From assembly GCA_016869145.1 (NCBI GenBank), contig VGEU01000006.1, forward strand, positions 2,210 to 66,209: a stretch of 64,000 bases of DNA. Reading direction: 5' to 3'. Every line of letters starts with the position of its first letter. Position 1 is the stretch's first letter. A program made the translations under genes and the position numbers. Source of the stretch: Alphaproteobacteria bacterium. Its GTDB lineage: Bacteria > Pseudomonadota > Alphaproteobacteria > MPNO01 > VGEU01. Below the pieces are notes generated by a model that did no database searches, was not told the DNA's origin, and saw nothing but the letters and a program-made list of their open reading frames with translations. This document shows positions 20,214 to 29,826 of this stretch, piece after piece.

Positions 20214-20437
20214 TCCCCTCTCGCGGCGCCATCGTTCACACTACCACTATAGGGCGAGGTTGGCCCGTCGTCACAGGGTTCGGGGCATGGCCCGTGCCCA
20301 CGACGCAGCCACTCTGCCGATCGGCGATGCACCGGCGCTTCGGCGCCGGGATTCCGATTGACCGTGCGGAGGCGCGCAACCATGCTCGCCCCCGGTGCTG
20401 GTCATCGAGACGTCGCACCTGTGGGGGAGACCGTGTC

Positions 20438-21505
20438 ATGACCATCCGAAAACTCGGACGCGCGCTCGCCGTTGTCGGGATCGGTATCGCGGCGGCGATG
20501 GGATCAGCGGCGGCGCAGACACCGAAATACACCTGGAAGCTGACCACCTTCGTGCCCGAAGGAACCAGCACCTACCGCGACTACATCCAGGTCTTCATCG
20601 ACAACGTCCACGCGGTCACCGAGGGCGAGGTCCGCATCCAGGGCTTCGGGGTCGGCGTCATCGCGGGCTTCGCCGACAGCTGGAAGGCGGTCCAGCAGGG
20701 CACCGCCGACATCGCCTACACCTATCCCGGCTTCGCGCTCAACATCGACCCGGCCAATACGCTCCTCGCCGGCTTTCCCGGCGGCATGACGTCGGACGCC
20801 TTGATGCACTGGGCCTACCAGGCCGACGGCTACAAGCTGTGGCAGGAGTTCCGCCGCCAGACCATGGGGCTCAAGTCGATCCTGACCGGCACGATCCCGA
20901 CGGAGGTGTTTCTCCACTCCCACAAGAAGGTCGAGACGGCCGAGGATCTGAAGGGCATGAAGATCCGGACCGCCGGCGCCTGGGCCGACATCCTGAAGGC
21001 GTTCGGCGCGACACCGACGATTATCGCGCCGTCCGACATCTTCTCGGCCCTCGAGCGCAAGGTGATCGACGGAACGGAGTTCATCACGCCGGCCTCGAAT
21101 ATCTCGCAGGGCTATCACCGCATCGCCCGCTACATCATCGTGCCCGGTGCGCACGCGCCGTCCGGATTCCACGAGGTCGCTTGGAAGGCCGACGTCTGGG
21201 ACGCGCTGCCCAAGAAGCTCCAGGATCAGATCGAGATCGCCGGCAAGCTGTCCGGCTTCGACAGCTTCCTCCGCGTCGGCATGAACGACATCGCGGCGAT
21301 CAAGGAAATGAAGAAGGGCCGCAACGAGTGGGTTTCGCTCAAACCCGAGCTCCTCACGCAGATCCGCGAAGAAGGCCGGAAGTGGGCGGCCGCCAAGTCC
21401 AAGGAGCAGGCCGACAAGGGCAATGCGTGGATGGAGCGGATCAGCAAGTCCTATTTCGCCTTCATGGACGAATGGGAGGCGAACGCCGAGTACCGCATGA
21501 AGTAA
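20438..21505 (+). CDS. dctP: TRAP transporter substrate-binding protein (DctP family), paralog 1
   Basis: ATG at 20438 preceded by GGGGGAGA. Signal peptide then AAQTPKYTWKLTTFVPEGTSTYRDY. Family-level call. Confidence 0.85.
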   Translation: MTIRKLGRALAVVGIGIAAAMGSAAAQTPKYTWKLTTFVPEGTSTYRDYIQVFIDNVHAVTEGEVRIQGFGVGVIAGFADSWKAVQQGTADIAYTYPGFALNIDPANTLLAGFPGGMTSDALMHWAYQADGYKLWQEFRRQTMGLKSILTGTIPTEVFLHSHKKVETAEDLKGMKIRTAGAWADILKAFGATPTIIAPSDIFSALERKVIDGTEFITPASNISQGYHRIARYIIVPGAHAPSGFHEVAWKADVWDALPKKLQDQIEIAGKLSGFDSFLRVGMNDIAAIKEMKKGRNEWVSLKPELLTQIREEGRKWAAAKSKEQADKGNAWMERISKSYFAFMDEWEANAEYRMK

Positions 21506-21557
21506 CGGCGAGAGCGATAGAGCGCGCGCGAGCGCGAGAGAAACAGAGGTTTAGAGA

Positions 21558-21580
21558 GCCGGAGCGGTCGCCGCTCCGGT
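21558..21580 (+). other. intercistronic stem-loop between dctP paralogs 1 and 2
   Basis: ccggagcg-gtcg-ccgctccgg perfect 8-bp stem. Confidence 0.4.
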
Positions 21581-21608
21581 GTGAACGGCAAACACAGGGA
21601 GAAACCTG

Positions 21609-22679
21609 ATGACGCTGAGGACCGTACTCCGCACCGCGACCCTAGCCGCCGGCGCCTGCGCGCTGCTGGCGAGTGCCGCGGCCGCCCAGCAGACGCCGAA
21701 GCACAACTGGAAGCTCACCACCTACGTTCCGGAAGGCACCTCGACCTACCGCGACTACATTCAGGTCTTCATCGACCACGCCCACGCGATAACCGACGGC
21801 GAGGTGCGCATCCAGGGCTTCGGCGTCGGCGTCATCGCAGGCTTCGCCGACACCTGGAAGGCGGTCCAGCAAGGCACCGCCGATACCGCCTACGCCTATC
21901 CGGGCTTCGGCCTCAACATCGATCCGGTCAACGCGATATTCGGTGGTTTCCCGGGCGGAATGACCGCGGATGCGATGATGCACTGGGTCTATCACGGCGA
22001 CGGCCTCAAGATCTGGAACGAGTTCCGCCGCGCAACGACGGGGCTTCACTCCGTCGTCACCGGCACGATCTCAACCGAGATATTCCTCCACTCGCACAAG
22101 AAGGTGGAGACGATCGACGACCTCAAGGGCATGAAGATCCGGACCGCCGGCGCGTGGGCCGACATCTTGAAGGCGTTCGGTGCGACGCCGACCATCATCG
22201 CGCCGGCCGACATCTTCTCCGCGCTCGAACGCAAGATCGTCGACGGGACGGAGTTCATCACGCCCGCCTCCAACGTCTCGCAGGGCTTTCATCGCATCGC
22301 CCGCTACATCATCCTCCCCGGCATCCACGCCCCGGCCGGCCTGAACGAGGTGGTGTGGAAGGCCGAAGTGTGGGACGCGCTGCCCAAGAGCCTGCAGCAG
22401 CGCCTGACCATGGCCGGCCAGCTCGCCGGTTTCGAGACCTATCTCCGCACGGGCATGGGCGACATCGCCGCGATCGAGGAGATGAAGAAGGGCCGCAACG
22501 AGTGGGTCACGCTGAAGCCCGAGTTCCTCAAGGCGGTCCGCGACGAAGGCCGCAAGTGGGCTTTCGCCAAGGCCAAGGAGCAGTCCGACAAGGGCAATCC
22601 CTGGATGCAGCGGATCGCCGATTCCTATTTCGCATTCCTCGACCGTTGGGAGGCGAACACCGAGTATCGGTTGAAGTGA
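21609..22679 (+). CDS. dctP: TRAP transporter substrate-binding protein (DctP family), paralog 2
   Basis: 356 aa, about 80 percent identical to paralog 1. Signal peptide present. Confidence 0.85.
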   Translation: MTLRTVLRTATLAAGACALLASAAAAQQTPKHNWKLTTYVPEGTSTYRDYIQVFIDHAHAITDGEVRIQGFGVGVIAGFADTWKAVQQGTADTAYAYPGFGLNIDPVNAIFGGFPGGMTADAMMHWVYHGDGLKIWNEFRRATTGLHSVVTGTISTEIFLHSHKKVETIDDLKGMKIRTAGAWADILKAFGATPTIIAPADIFSALERKIVDGTEFITPASNVSQGFHRIARYIILPGIHAPAGLNEVVWKAEVWDALPKSLQQRLTMAGQLAGFETYLRTGMGDIAAIEEMKKGRNEWVTLKPEFLKAVRDEGRKWAFAKAKEQSDKGNPWMQRIADSYFAFLDRWEANTEYRLK

Positions 22680-22725
22680 GCGCGCCGTCGAGCGGGCGCC
22701 GAAACGAAGAGCACGGAGGACGGTA

Positions 22726-23787
22726 ATGGGCAAGGTGAAAGCGGGAATCGCGGTCGCATTCGCCGCCGCAATGGCTGCGGCGATGCCGGCGGTCGCACAG
22801 ACGGCGAAGTATAATTGGCGGCTGACGACGTTCGTTCCGGACGGATCGTCGACCTACCGCGACTATATCCAGACCTATATCGACACCACGCATGCGCTGA
22901 CCGACGGCGAGGTGCGCATCCAGGGCTTCGGCGTCGGCGTCATCGCGGGCTTCGCGGATACGTGGAAGGCGGTGCAACAGGGCACCGCCGACCTTGCCTT
23001 CGCCTATCCCGGCTTCGCGCTCAACGTCGATCCGGCGAACACGTTGATCGCTGGGTTCCCGGGCGGGATGAGCGGCGATGCCCTCCTCCACTGGATCTTC
23101 CAGGGCGACGGCTACCGACTGTGGCGCGAGTTCCGCCGCGCGACGACCGGGCTGCATCCGGTCATCACCGGCTTCGGCCCGACCGAGATCTTTCTCCATT
23201 CGCACAAGAAGGTGGAGACGGCCGAGGATCTGAAGGGGATGAAGATTCGGACCGCCGGCGCCTGGGCCGACGTGCTCAAGGTGTTCGGCGCGACGCCGAC
23301 CATCATCGCGCCGGCCGATATCTTCTCAGCCCTCGAGAGAAAGATCGTCGATGCCACCGAGTTCGTGACCCCGGCCTCCAACATCTCGCAGGGCTATCAC
23401 CGGGTCGCCCGTTACATCATCCTGCCGGGCGCCCACTCGCCCGCGCACGTCAACGAGATCGTGTTCAAGACCGAGACGTGGGACGCGCTGCCGAAATCGC
23501 TGCAGCAGAAGCTCGAGCTCGCCGGCCGGATGGCGGGATTCGAGTCCTATCTCAAGGTCGGCATGGCCGACATCAACGCCATGAAGGAGATGAAGAAGGG
23601 CCGCAACGAGTGGGTCAACCTCAAGCCCGAGTTCCTGAAGCAGATGCGCGACGAGAGCCGCAAGTGGGCCTACGCCAAGGCCAAGGAGCAGTCCGACAAG
23701 GGTAATCCCTGGATGCAGCGCATCACCGATTCCTACTTCGCATTCCTCGACGAGTGGGATGCGAACACCGACTACCGGTTGAAGTGA
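22726..23787 (+). CDS. dctP: TRAP transporter substrate-binding protein (DctP family), paralog 3
   Basis: 353 aa, about 80 percent identical to paralogs 1 and 2. Confidence 0.85.
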   Translation: MGKVKAGIAVAFAAAMAAAMPAVAQTAKYNWRLTTFVPDGSSTYRDYIQTYIDTTHALTDGEVRIQGFGVGVIAGFADTWKAVQQGTADLAFAYPGFALNVDPANTLIAGFPGGMSGDALLHWIFQGDGYRLWREFRRATTGLHPVITGFGPTEIFLHSHKKVETAEDLKGMKIRTAGAWADVLKVFGATPTIIAPADIFSALERKIVDATEFVTPASNISQGYHRVARYIILPGAHSPAHVNEIVFKTETWDALPKSLQQKLELAGRMAGFESYLKVGMADINAMKEMKKGRNEWVNLKPEFLKQMRDESRKWAYAKAKEQSDKGNPWMQRITDSYFAFLDEWDANTDYRLK

Positions 23788-23796
23788 GGACGTCGC

Positions 23797-23820
23797 GCCG
23801 GCCCCCGTGACGGGGCCGGC
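23797..23820 (+). other. intercistronic stem-loop between dctP paralog 3 and dctQ
   Basis: gccggccccc-gtga-gggggccggc type 10-bp GC stem, GTGA loop. No U-tract. Confidence 0.45.
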
Positions 23821-23837
23821 CCGCTTCCCGGTCTCGC

Positions 23838-24380
23838 ATGCAGATGACCCGTCTTCTCGCCGCCGTCGACAGGTTCACGCGATTCCTCGCTGGCGTCGCG
23901 ATGATCCTGTTCGTCGTTCTGATCTCGGCCATGGTGTTCGAGGTCGTCGCGCGCCGCGTCTTCAACAGCCCGACGATCTGGGCGTTCGACATCTCCTACA
24001 TGACCAACGGCTCGGTCGTGTTTCTCGGCGCCGCCTACACGCTGCTCCGCAACGAGCACATCCGTATCGATTTCCTGGCGAGCCGATTCCCGCTTCGCGT
24101 CCAGGACATGATCAACGCCGCGTTCTACATCTTCGCCTTCCTGCCGGCGCTCGGGGTGATCACCTGGACGGCGCTCGGCGAGGCATGGCGGACGTTCATC
24201 ACGGACGAGCTCGAGCGGGTCAGCACCTGGGCGCCGGTGAGCTGGCCGTTCTACACCGGTATCGCGATCGGCCTCGTCGGCTGGTGGCTGCAATCGATCG
24301 CGGCGACGATCCGCCATGTCCTGGCCGTGGCCGGTCGCGGGCCCTCGCCGCTTCGCCCCGGCGAGGCCGGATCGCACTGA
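23838..24380 (+). CDS. dctQ: TRAP transporter small permease (DctQ family)
   Basis: 180 aa, four hydrophobic segments. Stop overlaps the dctM start. Confidence 0.8.
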   Translation: MQMTRLLAAVDRFTRFLAGVAMILFVVLISAMVFEVVARRVFNSPTIWAFDISYMTNGSVVFLGAAYTLLRNEHIRIDFLASRFPLRVQDMINAAFYIFAFLPALGVITWTALGEAWRTFITDELERVSTWAPVSWPFYTGIAIGLVGWWLQSIAATIRHVLAVAGRGPSPLRPGEAGSH

Positions 24381-25702
24381 TGGCGGAGCTCCCGATCGCG
24401 GCGTGGATGTTTCCCGCCCTCTTTCTCCTAGTCTTTCTCGGCATCCCGGTCTCATTCAGCCTGATCGTCACCGCGCTCGGCTTCGGCTTCGCCTTTCTCG
24501 GCACCAAGGTCACCGGCCAGTTCCACAACGGGCTGATCGGGGTCGCGTCGAACTTCGTCCTCGCGGCGATCCCGCTCTTCGTCTTCATGGGCTCGGTGCT
24601 CGAACGGTCGGGGATCGCGAAGCTTCTCTTCGACGCGATCCGGCTGTTCCTGGGGCGATTGCCGGGCGGCCTCGCGCTGACGACGACCGTCATGTGCGCG
24701 ATCTTTGCCGCGAGCGCGGGCGTCGTCGGCGCGGTCGAGATCCTGGTCGGGCTGATGGCGATCCCGGCGATGACGAAGGCGAACTACAAGCGCGATCTCG
24801 CGGCCGGCACGATATGCGCCGGCGGATCGCTCGGCACCATGATCCCGCCGTCGATCGTCGTCGTGATCTACGCCTCACTCGCCGACATCTCGATCGGCGA
24901 CATGTATGCCGGCATGATCATTCCAGCCGCGGTCATGGTGTGTCTCTTCCTCCTATACATCCTGATCCGCTGCACGATCGACCCCGCGAGCGGACCCGGC
25001 ATACCCTCGACCGAGGTCGACATGACCTTCGGTCAGAAGGTCGTACTCGTCATCAAGGCCTTCATTCCGGCGATCGCGCTGATGATGGCCGTTCTCGGGT
25101 CGATATTCGCCGGCGTCGCCTCGCCCTCCGAGGCGGCCGCGCTCGGTGCGCTCGGGGCGGTGATCCTCAGCATCTGCTACCGGCAATTCTCGATCCGGAT
25201 GATCATCGACGCGATGCGCCAGACCATCCTCATCTCGTCGATGGTGCTGATGATCGTCGTCGGCGGCGTGATGTTCACGGGCGTGTTCATCCTGACCGGG
25301 GGCGGCCAGCTCGTGCGCGAGCTCGTCACGCAGAACCAGCTCTCGCCCTACATGGTGATCTTCCTGTTCCTCGCCGTGATCTTCGTGCTCGGCTTCATCC
25401 TCGACTGGATCTCGATCGTCCTGATCACGATCCCGATCTTCGGCCCGATCGTAAAGACGCTCGGGATCGACCCGGTCTGGTTCGGGGTCCTGGTCTGCAT
25501 CACCATCCAGACGTCCTACCTCACGCCCCCGATGGCGCCCTCGATCTTCTATCTCAGGGCGATCGCGCCCCCGAGCATGACCTATATGGACATGTATAAA
25601 GGCGTGATCCCGTTCATCCTGCTCCAGATCGCAACCCTCGCCTTTGTCGTCTTGTGGCCGAAGAGCGCGACATATCTTCCCGACATCCTGTTCGGGTTCT
25701 GA
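24380..25702 (+). CDS. dctM: TRAP transporter large permease (DctM family)
   Basis: Internal ATG (MAELPIAAWMF) in ORF 23807..25702, TGATG overlap with dctQ. 440 aa polytopic membrane protein. Confidence 0.85.
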   Translation: MAELPIAAWMFPALFLLVFLGIPVSFSLIVTALGFGFAFLGTKVTGQFHNGLIGVASNFVLAAIPLFVFMGSVLERSGIAKLLFDAIRLFLGRLPGGLALTTTVMCAIFAASAGVVGAVEILVGLMAIPAMTKANYKRDLAAGTICAGGSLGTMIPPSIVVVIYASLADISIGDMYAGMIIPAAVMVCLFLLYILIRCTIDPASGPGIPSTEVDMTFGQKVVLVIKAFIPAIALMMAVLGSIFAGVASPSEAAALGALGAVILSICYRQFSIRMIIDAMRQTILISSMVLMIVVGGVMFTGVFILTGGGQLVRELVTQNQLSPYMVIFLFLAVIFVLGFILDWISIVLITIPIFGPIVKTLGIDPVWFGVLVCITIQTSYLTPPMAPSIFYLRAIAPPSMTYMDMYKGVIPFILLQIATLAFVVLWPKSATYLPDILFGF

Positions 25703-25784
25703 TCCGGAGCGCCGGGGGCTGGTCAAAGCCCTCGGCCATCCCTAAACTCGCGCCCCAGTTGCGTCCGACCGGAGCGGAGGAGTC

Positions 25785-26972
25785 ATGAAAGTCTATCTGT
25801 TCCACCTCATGCCGTATGCGTATCTCGACCTCGACTACGACAAGCAATACAAGTCGTGCTGGGTGATTTACCCCAACACGAACTTCGATCCGGTCAAAGG
25901 ATACGAGCTCTATAACCGCTACCTCGACGAGCTCGAATATGGCGAGCAGCTTGGCTTCGACGGCCTCTGCGTCAACGAGCACCATCAGAACGCCTACGGC
26001 CTCATGCCGTCGCCGATCGTGCCCGCCGCGGCGCTCGCGCGGCGAACGACGAAGGCCAAGATCGCCATCCTCGGCTCGGCCTTCGGGCTCCGCGATCATC
26101 CGCTGACGCTCGCCGAGGAGCACGCGATGATCGACTGCATCACCGGCGGCCGACTGATCTCGGGCATGGTCCGCGGTCTCGGCTGCGAATACTATTCGAT
26201 GGGTGCGAACCCGGCCCTCTCGCATGCCCGGTTCCAGGAGGCGCACGATCTCGTCGTCCAGGCCTGGACCCGTCCCGGCCCGTTCGCGTTCGAGGGCAAG
26301 CACTATCACTTCGAGTACGTCAATTTGTGGCCGCGCCCCTATCAGCGCCCGCACCCGACGATCTGGATTCCGTCGCAGGGCTCGACCGAGACCATCGAGT
26401 GGTCCTCGCATCCCGCGCGCAAATACACCTACCTCCAGACCTATTCGCCGTTCCGCAACGTCAAGCGCTTCCACGATGCCTACCGGCAGCAGGCGCACGA
26501 CTACGGCTACACCGCGACGGCCGAGCAGCTCGGCTGGGCGGCCCCGATCTATGTCGGCGAGACCGACGAAGAGGCGCGGCGCGAGGCGGCGCCGCACATG
26601 GAGGCCTTCTTCAACAAGTTCCTCCGCTACCCGGCCGAGATGCTGCTGCCGCCCGGCTTCCTGTCGCTCAACTCGATCAAGCGGGTGATGAAGACGAAAT
26701 CGAGCCTCAAGAACACCCACACCATCGACACGCTGATGGCCGAGCGCGTGGTGATCGTCGGCAGCCGCGAGACCGTGCGCAAGCAGATCCTCGAGGCCCA
26801 TGCCGAGGTCGGCCTCGGCTATTTCCTCGGCATGTTCCAGACCGCGACCATGCCGCACGACATCACGATGCGGAGCATGGAGCGCTTCGCCCGCGACGTG
26901 ATGCCGGCGCTCCAGGCGTCGACCGGCGAGGGCCGCTGGGAGCCGAGCAAGGGCGTCGTCGCCGCCGAGTAG
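25785..26972 (+). CDS. LLM-class flavin-dependent oxidoreductase (luciferase-like monooxygenase)
   Basis: 395 aa. Luciferase-like family sequence. Confidence 0.7.
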   Translation: MKVYLFHLMPYAYLDLDYDKQYKSCWVIYPNTNFDPVKGYELYNRYLDELEYGEQLGFDGLCVNEHHQNAYGLMPSPIVPAAALARRTTKAKIAILGSAFGLRDHPLTLAEEHAMIDCITGGRLISGMVRGLGCEYYSMGANPALSHARFQEAHDLVVQAWTRPGPFAFEGKHYHFEYVNLWPRPYQRPHPTIWIPSQGSTETIEWSSHPARKYTYLQTYSPFRNVKRFHDAYRQQAHDYGYTATAEQLGWAAPIYVGETDEEARREAAPHMEAFFNKFLRYPAEMLLPPGFLSLNSIKRVMKTKSSLKNTHTIDTLMAERVVIVGSRETVRKQILEAHAEVGLGYFLGMFQTATMPHDITMRSMERFARDVMPALQASTGEGRWEPSKGVVAAE

Positions 26973-27000
26973 GCCGGATTAACCCTCAAAGAGACCCTGG

Positions 27001-27040
27001 AACCGCCCTGCCCCTGTCGCGGGCCGGGCGGTTTCTGTTA
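27001..27040 (+). terminator. putative rho-independent terminator after the LLM gene
   Basis: aaccgccc...gggcggtt 8-bp GC-rich stem followed by tttctgtt. Confidence 0.45.
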
Positions 27041-27085
27041 TGGTCCCGCCTTTGACGACGGCGACAGAGTGAACCGGAGCGAGCG

Positions 27086-28129
27086 GTGACCCGGCGCGGC
27101 CACAAAGACAAGACCCCGCAAGCCCGACCGGACAAACCGGCGGTGCGCGCGGCTGCGGGCGGGGTGTCGTCGACCCTGATGGGGATCGCTGGCCAGACGA
27201 AGATCGTCGCACCGGACTTCGACAAGCTCAGCGCCGAGGTTCGCCACGACGAGAGCGAGCAGCACGCACGCCAGGCGTTCGGCTGGGCGCGACAGCGCGA
27301 GGAGATCGACCGCATCATCGCCGATTGCCGCGCCAAGCTGATGATCCGCCCCAACGAGGTCGGTGTCCTGTTCAACCTCGGCGAGGCGCTGCGCCAGATC
27401 GACGACCATGACGGCGCGATCGATGCGTTCCGGCGCGCCCACGCGATCAACCCGAAGCTCGGCAGCGACTTCTATCTCGCCGCCCTCGGCGTCGGCGAGC
27501 CGCCCGATCGCATGTCGCCGAAGCTCGTGACTGCGCTATTCGATTCCTACGCCGGGGCGTTCGACAATCACCTGACGCGGACGCTCAAATATCACGGTCC
27601 GACCAAGATCGCGGGGATCCTGCGCGAGGTGCTGGGCCCCGATCATCGCCCGCTCGATGTGATGGATGCGGGCTGCGGCACGGGCCTCGTCGGCGTCGAG
27701 CTCCGCGCGCTCGCGCGCCGGCTCGACGGCGTCGATCTGTCGTCGAAGATGATCGAAAAGGCGCGTGAGAAGGCCATCTACGATCGGCTCATCGTCGACG
27801 AGCTGTGCAACAGCCTCCGCGACAACCCCCGCCGATACGACCTCGTCGTCGCGGCCGACGTCCTCAACTATTTCGGTGAGCTCGGCGAGCCCTTCGCCGC
27901 CGCGCACGCCGCGCTCCGGAACGACGGGCACTTCGCAGTCTCGCTCGAACGGGGCGAAGGCGGCCGCCCGTCGCTCGGCTCGATCACGCGCTTCCGCCAT
28001 CCCGCCCCCTATGTCGAGCGCATCGCCGCCGAGGTTGGATTCGCGGTGGTCCGCCGCGACGAGTTCGCGATGCGGTTCGAGAAGGGCAAGCCGGTCGAGA
28101 GCTGGGTCTACGTGTTCAAGATCGGATGA
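27086..28129 (+). CDS. SAM-dependent methyltransferase with N-terminal TPR-like region
   Basis: 347 aa. DAGCGTG SAM motif in the C-terminal half. Exact start uncertain. Confidence 0.6.
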   Translation: MTRRGHKDKTPQARPDKPAVRAAAGGVSSTLMGIAGQTKIVAPDFDKLSAEVRHDESEQHARQAFGWARQREEIDRIIADCRAKLMIRPNEVGVLFNLGEALRQIDDHDGAIDAFRRAHAINPKLGSDFYLAALGVGEPPDRMSPKLVTALFDSYAGAFDNHLTRTLKYHGPTKIAGILREVLGPDHRPLDVMDAGCGTGLVGVELRALARRLDGVDLSSKMIEKAREKAIYDRLIVDELCNSLRDNPRRYDLVVAADVLNYFGELGEPFAAAHAALRNDGHFAVSLERGEGGRPSLGSITRFRHPAPYVERIAAEVGFAVVRRDEFAMRFEKGKPVESWVYVFKIG

Positions 28130-28202
28130 CCGCGAAGGCAGGTTGCGCGCCCCCGTGGATGGGGGGCATTCTCGGATGCTCTAGCTGGCAAGGGAGGAAC
28201 GG

Positions 28203-29051
28203 ATGGCGATCGCGGTGGTACCACTGTCGGATGCGTGCGGCGCCGAGATCCGCGACGTCGATCTTCGCGAGCCTCTCGACCCGGCCGCCGTCGCGACGAT
28301 CCGGAAGGCCTGGCTCGATCACCTGGTGATCCTGTTCCGCGATCAGAAGCTCGCCGACGAGGACCAGATCCGCTTCGCCGGCTATTTCGGCAAGGTCGGC
28401 GACTATCTCCGCCCGAAGAACCTGCGCAATCCCGACCATGACACCTATCACCGGTCGGTGATGCTGATCACCAACATCCGCGACGACCAGGGCCGGCCGA
28501 TCGGCGCGCTCCCCGACGGCGAGATGATGTTCCACACCGACACCGTCTACGACGCGAACCCGCACGCCGCGACCTCGCTCTACGCGATCGAGATTCCGAC
28601 CAAGGGCGGCCACACGCTGTTCTCGAACCAGTACATGGTCTACGACGCCCTGCCGGCCCGCATCCGCGACCGCCTCGCCGGCCGGCGCGCGATGAACGTG
28701 TTCGAGTTCGGGACGACGATGAAGACCAAGGAGAAGTTCGACCGCTCGGTCGCCCCCCATTACCCGCACCCGGTCTTCCGCCGCCATCCCGACACCGGGC
28801 GTCTCGCGGTCTATGTCAACGAGCTCACCACCGAGGAGGTCGTCGACTTCCCCGAGACGGAGGGCAGCACCCTCCTCCGCGAGATCTACGAGCTCCAGCG
28901 CGAGCCGCGCTTCGTCTACGAGCACAAGTGGCGGATCGGCGATCTCCTGATGTGGGACAATCGCTGCACCATGCACGCACGCACCGACTTCCCGCGTGCC
29001 GACCGACGGCTTCTCCGCCGTGTGACCATCGAGGGCGATCGCCCGGTCTGA
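28203..29051 (+). CDS. TauD/TfdA-family alpha-ketoglutarate-dependent dioxygenase
   Basis: 282 aa. HTD...H 2-His-1-carboxylate facial triad pattern (MFHTDTVY ... TMHAR). Confidence 0.75.
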   Translation: MAIAVVPLSDACGAEIRDVDLREPLDPAAVATIRKAWLDHLVILFRDQKLADEDQIRFAGYFGKVGDYLRPKNLRNPDHDTYHRSVMLITNIRDDQGRPIGALPDGEMMFHTDTVYDANPHAATSLYAIEIPTKGGHTLFSNQYMVYDALPARIRDRLAGRRAMNVFEFGTTMKTKEKFDRSVAPHYPHPVFRRHPDTGRLAVYVNELTTEEVVDFPETEGSTLLREIYELQREPRFVYEHKWRIGDLLMWDNRCTMHARTDFPRADRRLLRRVTIEGDRPV

Positions 29052-29068
29052 CACGAGGGAACACGACC

Positions 29069-29815
29069 ATGGCCCAGACCGTTCTCGTCACCGGCGCCGC
29101 GAGCGGCATCGGCAAGGCGTGCGCCCGCATGCTCCTCGACCAGGGCAACGAGGTCGTCGCGCTCGACCTCAAGCGCGAGGCCCTCGCCGCGGCGCTCCCG
29201 CCCGACAATCAGGGCCGGCTCAAGCTCGTCGCGGGCGATGTGTCGCAACCGGCGGACTGCACCGCCGCGGTCGCCGCTGCGGTGAAGCGCTTCGGCAAGC
29301 TCGATGCGCTGATCCACTGGGCGGCGGCGCATTCGTCGAAGTTCTGGACCGAGCTCGGCGCCGACGAGATGAATCGCATCCTCGCGGTCAACGTCACCGG
29401 TTCTTTCCTGATGGCGCAGGCGGCCGGCCGCCACATGCAGACGCGCAAGAAGGGCGCGATCGTCCTCACCGCATCGGGCTCGGTGCTGCTCGGCGCGACG
29501 GGCGGACCGTCGGGCCAGGGGGGGCCGGCCTATGTCTCCTCGAAGGCGGCGATCACGGGGCTCGTCCGCTCGCTCGCGCGTGCGATGGGACCCGATGGAA
29601 TCCGCGTCAACGCGGTCGCGCCGGGCGTCACCGACACGCCGATGATCAACTCCTACTCGGCCGAGACCAAGGCCGCGCAAGGCGCGCGCTTCCCGCTCGG
29701 ACGCATCGCGCGGCCGGAGGAGATGGCGGCGGTCGGCTGCTACTTGATCTCGGATGCCGCGAGCTTCGTCACCGGCGAGGTGCTCGTCGCCAATGGCGGC
29801 TCCAATTTCGGCTAG
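29069..29815 (+). CDS. SDR-family oxidoreductase
   Basis: Internal ATG (MAQTVLVTGAASGIG) in ORF 28928..29815. TGxxxGxG and YxxxK motifs. Confidence 0.75.
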   Translation: MAQTVLVTGAASGIGKACARMLLDQGNEVVALDLKREALAAALPPDNQGRLKLVAGDVSQPADCTAAVAAAVKRFGKLDALIHWAAAHSSKFWTELGADEMNRILAVNVTGSFLMAQAAGRHMQTRKKGAIVLTASGSVLLGATGGPSGQGGPAYVSSKAAITGLVRSLARAMGPDGIRVNAVAPGVTDTPMINSYSAETKAAQGARFPLGRIARPEEMAAVGCYLISDAASFVTGEVLVANGGSNFG

Positions 29816-29826
29816 GCGTCAGCGTC

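Noticed and set aside
18856-20252. 458-aa minus and 444-aa plus ORFs overlapping the dioxygenase
   Set aside because: Alternative-frame and antisense ORFs with R/P/G-rich composition. The real gene is the VOC dioxygenase at 19290..20213.
20395-23705. Long alternative-frame ORFs (20395..21609, 21581..22726, 22815..23705) over the TRAP SBP genes
   Set aside because: Arg/Gly/Pro-rich out-of-frame translations. The in-frame SBP paralogs have signal peptides, RBSs and strong family similarity.
24316-25599. 427-aa plus ORF inside dctM
   Set aside because: Out-of-frame, R/D/G-rich. dctM in the other frame is a coherent 12-TM permease.
28921-29075. Apparent 1-nt coordinate discrepancy between my hand count of the text and the ORF track near the TauD stop / SDR start
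   Set aside because: Most likely my own character-counting error. Both ORF-track translations (TauD ...RCTMHARTDFPRADRR... and the overlapping frame) are self-consistent. No biological frameshift is claimed here.
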